Origin: an uncultured Clostridia bacterium
GTDB lineage: Bacteria > Bacillota_I > Bacilli_A > RF39 > UBA660
NCBI GenBank assembly: GCA_948433435.1
Contig: CAOJDX010000014.1
Coordinates: 6,556-38,555, forward strand
Reading direction: 5' to 3'
DNA length: 32,000 nucleotides
Both the position numbers and the translations under genes were made by a program. Under the pieces are notes generated by a model. The model was given only the letters and a program-made list of their open reading frames with translations. It was not told the origin of the DNA and did not search any database. Shown here piece by piece: positions 24,863 through 32,000 of the stretch. Each line of letters begins with the position of its first letter. The stretch's first letter is position 1.

Positions 24863-25450
24863 ATGATAGATACTAATAAAACTTATACTTTAGCTGAGTT
24901 ATTAAACTTATATAGCTTATATAATTTAGAATTTAAATTTTATGGTAATAACGACAATGGAAGTTTAGATATTTATATGAAAACAGGTATTGATGAAATA
25001 TCTGTTTTCTCATCTATAACTCCAAATATGACTAAAAAAGAATATATAGATCTTAGTGAAGAAGAAGCTAAGAAAATAGAATTTAAATTTGATAGGGAGG
25101 TATCAGATGTGGAATTAGATATAGTTGCAGTTGTATTAAGAACAAGTGATGTAAATATACCATCAACAAAATATTCACTTGAAACTTTAGATAGATTAAC
25201 TAAAGAACAAGATCAAGAAGATAGAAAAAATAAAAAAGGTGAACAGGATGGTATTTGCTATTTTATTGTAGATCACAATACTGGTTGCAACCTTTATGAT
25301 GGCGTTTATCTATTTGATAAAAATAATAAAGGGCTAATGGAAGATTTAAAGAATAAATACGATCAAGAAGAAAATCAATTATTAAAGAATAATTTGAAAT
25401 TAATACTAGATTATTACGAACAGTTAGAAGAAAAAGAAATAACTAAGTAG
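24863..25450 (+). CDS. Hypothetical protein (conjugative-element associated)
   Basis: 195 aa, tightly packed after ssb (1-nt gap after the stop). No recognisable motifs. Confidence 0.55.
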   Translation: MIDTNKTYTLAELLNLYSLYNLEFKFYGNNDNGSLDIYMKTGIDEISVFSSITPNMTKKEYIDLSEEEAKKIEFKFDREVSDVELDIVAVVLRTSDVNIPSTKYSLETLDRLTKEQDQEDRKNKKGEQDGICYFIVDHNTGCNLYDGVYLFDKNNKGLMEDLKNKYDQEENQLLKNNLKLILDYYEQLEEKEITK

Positions 25451-25477
25451 TATTTAAAGAAAAAAGGGGGAATTGTT

Positions 25478-25837
25478 TTGAAAGAAAAATTTAATAAAAT
25501 TAAAGATAAGATAAATTTAAAAATGATAGCTATATTTACATTTGTACTTGGATTATTAAGAAGTACACCATCAGTTTATGCTGTAGAAAAAATTGAAGGT
25601 GGAAATATTACAATAGATTCACTTGGTACAATAATCAAAAATCTTGCTACAAAGGTACAAGTTTTTGGAATTGTCATTTCTTTTATTGCATTAGTTGTTT
25701 TTGTTATCCAATTTATTATTGGAGATGATGAAACTAAGCAAAGAAGAAAGAAAACGATTCTTTATACATTAGGTGGAGTAGCACTACTTATTTTAGTTCC
25801 TAGTATTATCAATTTTGTTATTGATACATTAAAATAG
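25478..25837 (+). CDS. Small T4SS membrane protein, VirB2/TrbC-like topology
   Basis: TTG start after AAGGGGG. Signal-like N-terminus (IAIFTFVLGLLRSTPSVYA) plus two further hydrophobic helices. Located upstream of the VirB6/B3/B4-like genes. Confidence 0.5.
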   Translation: MKEKFNKIKDKINLKMIAIFTFVLGLLRSTPSVYAVEKIEGGNITIDSLGTIIKNLATKVQVFGIVISFIALVVFVIQFIIGDDETKQRRKKTILYTLGGVALLILVPSIINFVIDTLK

Positions 25838-25846
25838 GAGAATAAT

Positions 25847-27511
25847 ATGTTTTATACATTAAGTATTGCTAGTGATATTAAATATAGTGTACTTGATATA
25901 TTAAGAGGACTAGGAATGGGAATTATTAATATTGTATTTAAAACAATAGATGTTTTATATGATGTTGCACATAGTATAAATAGTTTAAATTTTATAGAAA
26001 TGCTTAAAAATGTTGATAATTCTCCATTCACTAAAATTTTTAATGCTTTTTTTATACTTGCCTTTGTCCTTCTATTTTTGTTTTCAGTTTGGAAACTCAC
26101 TTTTAGAATTTTAGATGCAGATAGTAATGAACAACCATTATTTGATTTAGTAAAAGAAATTGTTAAATGTGGTTTCTTAATATTTTCAGTATATTTAATA
26201 TTTAATACAACTATTAATCTAGGAATAAATTTATCAAATGTTATCTATAATAATTTTAATGCAAATAATTCTACGATAGGCGATAAGATGAAAACAGCTT
26301 ATTTATCTATTAACGAATCATGTTATAAGGTAAGTGGTGGAGATTCTGTTGATGCTAAAAATGTCAAAGGATTAAAAGAGAAACTAAGTGGATATTCCAA
26401 TGCTTCATCTGCTAATACTATGAAAGATTTTGAAGGTCTTATTAGAAACAATACCATAACTGCAAGTCATGTCTCAGATAGTGGAGCTTTTTCTTATAGA
26501 TGTGGTATATATAAACCGGGAATTTGGAATGATAGTGAAGATTATGCTTTTAATTATAATTTCTTATTTGGAATTGTAATAGGAGCAATATTCTTATTTG
26601 CTGTTGGATTTTCAGTTTTGATGCTCGGTAAAAGACAATTAGAACTTGCTTTTTTAATGGTTATATCACCACTTGTTATAGCAACTAGTGTAGGAAGAAA
26701 AGAACAAAGATCAGCTTTATATCAGCAACTTGCTTCACTCATATTACAAGCTGGAGCTATTATGCTTCTTATTGGATTAATTTTTATTATGTTTAATGCA
26801 ATACAAAATAGTGCAGATATTAATAAGTTAAATTATTTTACTAAAATTGTTGCTCAATCAGTTTTATATTTAGGTTGTGCAATGATGTTAATGACAGGTT
26901 GTACTTCACTTAATAGATTTATTGGTGATAATGTTTCTGCCAATAGTGGTCGAGATATGATGATGGCTATGAGAGGTTTAGGTGGCGGAATTGCTACAGC
27001 TACTGGAATGGGAATTGGAGCAATTGGTGCTACTGCAGGACTTGCTAAAGGTGGAGTAAAAGCTGGAAAAGGAATAGGACAGCTTGCCAAAGGTGGACTT
27101 CAAACTGTTAAAGGAATGTATCATGGTGTTGCTAGCGTTTATCCAAAAATGAATTCGGGAATATCTAAACGAATGAATGAAAAAGTTGGTAAAGGTTTAG
27201 GTCAAATGATGAAAGGAACTGACTTACAACAAAGTGGTAATCCAATTGCTAGAGCTTATGGAAGAATGTTTGAATCTCGTGGAGAAGGAAATGTAAAAGA
27301 TGCTGCTAGCAAATGGGATTTTTCTAATGATAAATATAATGTAGATTATGTTAGAGGTGGTGTTTCACTTGCCAGAGAAGGTCTTAATAACATCAAAGAA
27401 GGTTTTGGTGGAGCATTTAATGGTATTAGAAATATAGGAAATCCACATAGTAGCAGGTATCATTCAAGACCAAAAATGACTGATTATGGAAATGAATCAG
27501 ATAGAATTTAA
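25847..27511 (+). CDS. Polytopic T4SS channel protein, VirB6/TrbL-like
   Basis: 554 aa with at least 6 hydrophobic helices and a Gly-rich tail (GLGGGIATATGMGIGAIGATAGLAKGG). The position is typical of VirB6 analogues in Gram-positive systems. Confidence 0.55.
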   Translation: MFYTLSIASDIKYSVLDILRGLGMGIINIVFKTIDVLYDVAHSINSLNFIEMLKNVDNSPFTKIFNAFFILAFVLLFLFSVWKLTFRILDADSNEQPLFDLVKEIVKCGFLIFSVYLIFNTTINLGINLSNVIYNNFNANNSTIGDKMKTAYLSINESCYKVSGGDSVDAKNVKGLKEKLSGYSNASSANTMKDFEGLIRNNTITASHVSDSGAFSYRCGIYKPGIWNDSEDYAFNYNFLFGIVIGAIFLFAVGFSVLMLGKRQLELAFLMVISPLVIATSVGRKEQRSALYQQLASLILQAGAIMLLIGLIFIMFNAIQNSADINKLNYFTKIVAQSVLYLGCAMMLMTGCTSLNRFIGDNVSANSGRDMMMAMRGLGGGIATATGMGIGAIGATAGLAKGGVKAGKGIGQLAKGGLQTVKGMYHGVASVYPKMNSGISKRMNEKVGKGLGQMMKGTDLQQSGNPIARAYGRMFESRGEGNVKDAASKWDFSNDKYNVDYVRGGVSLAREGLNNIKEGFGGAFNGIRNIGNPHSSRYHSRPKMTDYGNESDRI

Positions 27512-27528
27512 GGAAGGAGTAAATTAAT

Positions 27529-27792
27529 ATGTATATTACTCTAAAAAGTATTAAGAGAAATTTAGGATTATTTAATTTAGAGTTTGAAGATTTAATAATT
27601 GGTGGAATATTTATTTTAATTTTTACAATATTATTTTTGCTTAAGCTATATACTATGGCTATTGTGGTTATTTCTTTTGGAGTTTTATCACTTGTACCAA
27701 TGGACTTTAGCAAATGTAATCGAATGTATAAATTATTTGTCTTATTCGTTAAATATTTAGTTAAAAATAAAAATTATTATTATTTTAAGTAG
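27529..27792 (+). CDS. Small membrane protein, VirB3/PrgI-like
   Basis: 87 aa with two TM helices, immediately upstream of the VirB4-like ATPase. Confidence 0.5.
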   Translation: MYITLKSIKRNLGLFNLEFEDLIIGGIFILIFTILFLLKLYTMAIVVISFGVLSLVPMDFSKCNRMYKLFVLFVKYLVKNKNYYYFK

Positions 27793-27815
27793 ATATGAAA
27801 AAAGGGGGTTAAATT

Positions 27816-30293
27816 TTGAAGATAAAAACAAAAGAGGAAAGAAAAAAATTAAAAGAAGAAAAGAAGAAGAAAAAAGAAGAGAAAAACGTTTTAAAAGCTA
27901 AATTAAAAAGAAAAAATGTATATCTTAGTAAAGATATATTAAAAAAGAAAATGCAAAATGCTCAAGTATTTAGCAATGTAAGTGAAATAAACGATAATGG
28001 TTTAATTAAATTGAAATCAGATCAGGTAGCTTTATTTTATAAGGTAAGTCCAATTGATTTATCCTTAACAAATGATAATGAACAAAAATTATTTTTTCAT
28101 ACCTTATCTAAGTTGTATAGATTGCCATTTGTAATAAAGGCATATAAATTTGATGAAAAAATTAATTTGAATATTAATAAAGAAAATTATGAAAAGTTGA
28201 TTGAAGAAAATTCTAGCAATAAAACAAGAACTAATTTGCTTATAAATAATCATAATTTTATTGAAATGATAGAAGAACAGAATATGACATCTGCTTCTTC
28301 TTATTATTTTGCAATCATTTGTAAAAATAAAGAGGCACTTGATAAGGCAAAGGAAGATTTTGAAAGAACATGTGATGCAATTATTCCTAAATTAGATATA
28401 GAACTTGTTGATAATAAAAAATGGTTAGTCAAAATATTAACTAATCTTTATTATTCTAATACTAATTTGGATCAAATAATGTATTATGATTTTATGGATT
28501 TATTATCACCACTTAGAATTTCAGAAATGCCTTCATATTTAAAGGTAGATAATGAAGAAATACAAATGGTAAGTATTAAGAATTATCCATTATTTATAGA
28601 ACATGGATTTTTGGATAGAATCATCAATTTGCCAAATGTTAAAGCAAGTGTTACTATTAAAGATACAATAGAACAATCAAAATTATTAAGTGTGTTAAAT
28701 AGTAGTTTTAAAGCGGTTCTTGCTGATTATAATTCTTCTAAAAATTTAAGTGATGTTACAGAGATGCAATCACTTATGAATAATTATAAATTATTAATTG
28801 AGCAAATATCTGCTAATGATGAAAAGGTAAAAGAAGTTTCTATCATTTTAGCTATTAGTGGTACGAAAAAACAAAGAGAAGAAATTTTAAAAGAGATTAA
28901 AACAAATGCAGAATTATATCAAATTAAAGTTGATGTACCTAATTTAAGACAAATGAGTGCATGGCAAGGTTTTGAATTAACAGATAAAGGTTTACCTGAT
29001 TATGCTATGTATTTACCAACATCTACTTTGGCATCTGCATTTTTCTTTACTGAAAATTATCATAATGATTCTACTGGTTGGTTAATAGGAGAAGATTGCA
29101 ATTATGGTTTGCCTACATTCTTCGATCAGTTTACTTTAACTAAGAATAGAACAGGCCATAATATGTCTGTTATAGGAACAACTGGTAGTGGTAAAAGCTT
29201 TTTACTTAAATTACTTATTACTAATGAATTTGCAAGAGGTACTAAGTTATTTTTATTTGATATAGAAAATGAACTGGAAAAATTAACTAATAGATGTGGA
29301 GGAGAATATATAGACTTATCTAGTAAGAGCTTAATAAATCCTCTGCAAATCAGATATGTTTCAACTGATGATGATAACGAAACATCTATTCTTGGAAAAC
29401 ATTTAGGATTCTTGGAAAATTTCTTTATAACAGCTTTTGAAGATATATCTGAAAAAGAATTGGTTGTACTTCTTGATATAGTAGAAAAATTTTATAATTC
29501 AAGAGGTATTACTAAAAAAACTACATTAGAAGAATTTGAAAATATGACTGCAAAAGATTATCCTATATTTAGTGATCTATATGCTTTTTTATTGGAGCAA
29601 CAAAGAAACACTAAAACAAAGGAATTAGAAAGAATTTTAGTTAATATTGAAGTTCTGCTTAAAAGAATGGTTACAGGTCAAGATGGAAATTTATATAATG
29701 GTATAACGACTATTGATTTAAGTAATAATCTAGTCGTTTTTAATTTACAAGAATTATTATTTAATTCTTCTCGTAGATTAATTAATACACAAATGATTAA
29801 TTTACTTACATATTTAAGTAATGAGATCGTTGATAATAAAAAGAAAAATGATAAGAAAAATAAAAAACAAAATATGCTTATTGTTGTAGATGAATTTCAC
29901 TATTTTATAGATGAAGATAATCCAACATTATTAAAATATTTTGGACAGATGGCAAGGCGTTTAAGGAAATATAACGCAGGAATTGTTGTAGCAACACAAC
30001 AACCATCTGATTTAACGAGTTCATCAGGTGTTTTAAGACATGCTTCAAGTTTATTTGGAAATTGTCAATATCAGATTACTGGAATGTTAAAAGATAATGA
30101 CTTACAAGCTATTGAAAAGATATATGCAAATATACCTCTTACTGAAACTCAAAAGAGTTTTTTAAGTAAATGTGGGCAAGGACAATTTTTAGTTAATATA
30201 ACGAATAAAAATAGACTTAGAATTAATGTGTTTGCAACACCACTTCAACTTTACTACATGGGTGAATCTGATGAATTTCCTAGTGGTGAATAA
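27816..30293 (+). CDS. VirB4-family type IV secretion ATPase
   Basis: 825 aa. Walker A GTTGSGKSF, Walker B MLIVVDEFHYF, and VVATQQPSD. K/E-rich N-terminus. TTG start after AAGGGGG. Confidence 0.9.
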   Translation: MKIKTKEERKKLKEEKKKKKEEKNVLKAKLKRKNVYLSKDILKKKMQNAQVFSNVSEINDNGLIKLKSDQVALFYKVSPIDLSLTNDNEQKLFFHTLSKLYRLPFVIKAYKFDEKINLNINKENYEKLIEENSSNKTRTNLLINNHNFIEMIEEQNMTSASSYYFAIICKNKEALDKAKEDFERTCDAIIPKLDIELVDNKKWLVKILTNLYYSNTNLDQIMYYDFMDLLSPLRISEMPSYLKVDNEEIQMVSIKNYPLFIEHGFLDRIINLPNVKASVTIKDTIEQSKLLSVLNSSFKAVLADYNSSKNLSDVTEMQSLMNNYKLLIEQISANDEKVKEVSIILAISGTKKQREEILKEIKTNAELYQIKVDVPNLRQMSAWQGFELTDKGLPDYAMYLPTSTLASAFFFTENYHNDSTGWLIGEDCNYGLPTFFDQFTLTKNRTGHNMSVIGTTGSGKSFLLKLLITNEFARGTKLFLFDIENELEKLTNRCGGEYIDLSSKSLINPLQIRYVSTDDDNETSILGKHLGFLENFFITAFEDISEKELVVLLDIVEKFYNSRGITKKTTLEEFENMTAKDYPIFSDLYAFLLEQQRNTKTKELERILVNIEVLLKRMVTGQDGNLYNGITTIDLSNNLVVFNLQELLFNSSRRLINTQMINLLTYLSNEIVDNKKKNDKKNKKQNMLIVVDEFHYFIDEDNPTLLKYFGQMARRLRKYNAGIVVATQQPSDLTSSSGVLRHASSLFGNCQYQITGMLKDNDLQAIEKIYANIPLTETQKSFLSKCGQGQFLVNITNKNRLRINVFATPLQLYYMGESDEFPSGE

Positions 30294-31300
30294 TGGGAAA
30301 ATTATTAAAAATTAAAGCATTTTTAATTACTTTAATAGCTGGTTTTTTGATTGGTATAATTTTAATTATTGTTATGGCAGTATGTGGTTATAAAGTTGGT
30401 GAAGCATATATAAATGAGCAAGTAAATCAAATGAGATTAAATTCATCAGTAATTAATAATCAGTTATATGCTGAAAGATATAGAAGTTTATTAAATAAAT
30501 ATTTGCTTAATAAAGGTTATGTATCACTTGAAAGATTAGTCTTTTATTTACAACATACTAATAATGTTTTAGATACATCTACATTAAGTTATGATGTTTG
30601 GGATAAGGCATATTTAGAAAATATAAACGTGGAAGAAAAGCAAATGATTCCAATTAAAACAGTTTGTAATAAGTTAAAAAGTGATACATCTATACCAACT
30701 TTTACAATAGAAAGTGGTACTAATAGTAATGGGGTACAAATTGATGTTATAGATTTGTGTACTGTTAATGGAGTAGATATAACTACAAGTAGTGATTATG
30801 ATGAAGTGTATTATCCACTACCATTTACATTTCCATTAAAAAGTAATTTTACTGTTACATCTATTGTATTTGAACATAGAAATGTAGATTTAGGTAATAT
30901 ATCAGCAGAAGCACAAGCAAGTACCAATTATCATTCTGGATGGGATTTAGCTGTTCCAACAGGAACAAATTTTTATAGTATGTGTGATGGAACTGTATCT
31001 AATATTACAAATACACAAGCAAATGATTTACCTTTTAAACAATCTGGGAATTCTATAGGTAATTATATGATGGTTACTTGTAATAATGGTTTTACAGCAA
31101 TGTATTGGCATTTACAGTATAGAAGTCAACCTTTTTCGATTAGAAAAGGTACAATGGTTAAAAAAGGAGAATTGCTTGGTAGGACATCTACTACAGGAAC
31201 TTCAACAGGGCCACACTTACATCTTGGATTGAAAGATCCAGAAGGCAATTTATTAGATGCAATAGCTTATATAGATTTTACTGAATATGAAGGAAACTAA
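30293..31300 (+). CDS. Membrane-anchored M23/LytM peptidoglycan hydrolase (VirB1 functional analogue)
   Basis: N-terminal TM segment. HSGWDLAVPTGTNFYSMCDGTV and GPHLHLG are M23 zinc-ligand motifs. The start overlaps the VirB4 stop (TAATG). Confidence 0.85.
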   Translation: MGKLLKIKAFLITLIAGFLIGIILIIVMAVCGYKVGEAYINEQVNQMRLNSSVINNQLYAERYRSLLNKYLLNKGYVSLERLVFYLQHTNNVLDTSTLSYDVWDKAYLENINVEEKQMIPIKTVCNKLKSDTSIPTFTIESGTNSNGVQIDVIDLCTVNGVDITTSSDYDEVYYPLPFTFPLKSNFTVTSIVFEHRNVDLGNISAEAQASTNYHSGWDLAVPTGTNFYSMCDGTVSNITNTQANDLPFKQSGNSIGNYMMVTCNNGFTAMYWHLQYRSQPFSIRKGTMVKKGELLGRTSTTGTSTGPHLHLGLKDPEGNLLDAIAYIDFTEYEGN

Positions 31301-31345
31301 TTTTATTGGTTTCCTTTTTGCTATTCAAAAAAGGGGGAATATAAA

Positions 31346-31582
31346 ATGGAATGGATAGAAAATTTTGGAAGAATGTTAAAAAGAGAACGATTATCTTGGG
31401 GAATGTCGAGAGGTAAATTACAGAGATTATCTCATGTAGATAGAGAAACTATAGCAGATATAGAAAATGGTAGGATATTAAATCCAGATTTTTATGAAAT
31501 GTTAAATATTTGTGATGTTTTAGATACCTCTGTTTATTTTTATCTAAAAGAAAATTCCAGAAAGGATAAAAAACATGATTAA
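31346..31582 (+). CDS. XRE-family HTH protein
   Basis: 78 aa. SWGMSRGKLQRLSHVDRETIADIENGR is a Cro/CI-type HTH. AAGGGGG RBS. Confidence 0.7.
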   Translation: MEWIENFGRMLKRERLSWGMSRGKLQRLSHVDRETIADIENGRILNPDFYEMLNICDVLDTSVYFYLKENSRKDKKHD

Positions 31583-32000
31583 AGATTTTTTAGAAGATTT
31601 AAAAGGAAATAATAGACTTACTAATTGTGTGTTAGATCATTATATTGATGAAAGTGTAGATTATGAATCAACAGATGATTTGCTTAGAAGTATGGAAGAA
31701 TTACAGCAATATGGTTGCGTTTCTGGAATGATAGGAGAATTAATCTACTATGATGATACAGAAAAATTTTTTGATGAGTATAAAGAAGAAATAAATGAAA
31801 TGCTATCTAATGTAATTGATGGAACTGGTTGTTCTATGGAAGAATTATTTGGAGATAAATTTGATAAGGAAGATCCACTTGTAATAGATTATTCTAATAA
31901 GAATTTACTTGCATGGTTTGGATTTGAAGAAACAGTTAATAATTTATACGAAAATATTAGAGAAAAATTAAGAGAGAATACTTATGACTACGAATATTAA
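31575..32000 (+). CDS. Highly acidic hypothetical protein
   Basis: 141 aa with D+E of roughly a quarter or more of residues. It overlaps the upstream XRE gene by 8 nt (ATGATTAA). Its stop TAA forms the last three bases of the window. Confidence 0.6.
   Translation: MIKDFLEDLKGNNRLTNCVLDHYIDESVDYESTDDLLRSMEELQQYGCVSGMIGELIYYDDTEKFFDEYKEEINEMLSNVIDGTGCSMEELFGDKFDKEDPLVIDYSNKNLLAWFGFEETVNNLYENIREKLRENTYDYEY

Larger units (their letters stand above)
7112..32000. mobile_element. Integrative conjugative element (partial; continues past window end)
   Basis: Gene content switches abruptly after the 7086-7111 terminator. What follows is an orphan methyltransferase, XRE repressors, a DGR, cargo genes, a sigma-like regulator, an RHH protein, a surface adhesin, SSB, VirB2/B6/B3/B4-like T4SS genes and an M23 hydrolase. 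No phage structural genes are present. The exact left end is not determinable without the other junction. Confidence 0.75.

Noticed and set aside
27816-27910. Purine-rich AAG/AAA repeat tract at the 5' end of the VirB4-like gene as a repeat element or slippage site.
   Set aside because: It is in frame and encodes a K/E-rich N-terminal tail (KTKEERKKLKEEKKKKKEEK). The A-runs are interrupted and there is no evidence of frame disruption.
7112-32000. Prophage interpretation of the accessory region.
   Set aside because: No terminase, portal, capsid, tail or lysis-cassette genes are present. VirB4, VirB6-like, M23 hydrolase, SSB and a sortase-type adhesin indicate a conjugative element instead.

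Overview
This is an AT-rich, Firmicutes-style window with TTG/ATG starts behind AAGGGGG/GGAGG ribosome-binding sites. Bases 1-7111 look like chromosomal housekeeping DNA: the 3' part of a large surface protein, ftsK/spoIIIE, deoD, and a pair of M16 peptidases (one non-catalytic, one with HxxEH), closed by a clean intrinsic terminator. From about 7112 to the window end the content is that of a partial integrative conjugative element (ICE). It carries a C5 DNA methyltransferase split by a frameshift, XRE repressors, cargo genes (LysR, NUDIX, a 605-aa oxidoreductase-like protein), a sigma-like regulator and an RHH protein. It also carries a thioester/CnaB adhesin, SSB and a Gram-positive type IV secretion block (VirB2-like, VirB6-like, VirB3-like, VirB4 ATPase, M23 cell-wall hydrolase). 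No relaxase, coupling protein or integrase is visible in the window. The main finding lies at 9873-15970: a complete diversity-generating retroelement (DGR) made of avd, a 100-nt template repeat (TR, 10528-10627) and a DGR-type reverse transcriptase. The matching variable repeat (VR, 12162-12261) lies in the next gene downstream. TR and VR differ at 11 positions, 9 of them at TR adenines, and all 9 mismatches downstream of 10544 fall on adenines. The diversified protein has no signal peptide. Its variable domain is N-terminal (aa 72-105) and is fused to a MoxR/AAA_5-type ATPase. It is translationally coupled to a paralogue of the AAA core that lacks Walker A, and is followed by a DUF2201-type protein with HExxH and VWA domains. 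I read this as a DGR-diversified intracellular sensor-ATPase-VWA/protease module carried on a conjugative element. It is a candidate conflict or defence system, and its function is inferred only. Secondary observations:
- An A5 frameshift site in the methyltransferase.
- A G10 tract at the chromosome/element junction.
- A palindromic operator next to the XRE gene.
- A 12-bp-phased TTACAG array.
- A promoter, leader peptide and terminator arrangement ahead of the sigma-like regulator.
- A repeated stop-plus-palindrome junction flanking the DGR target cassette.
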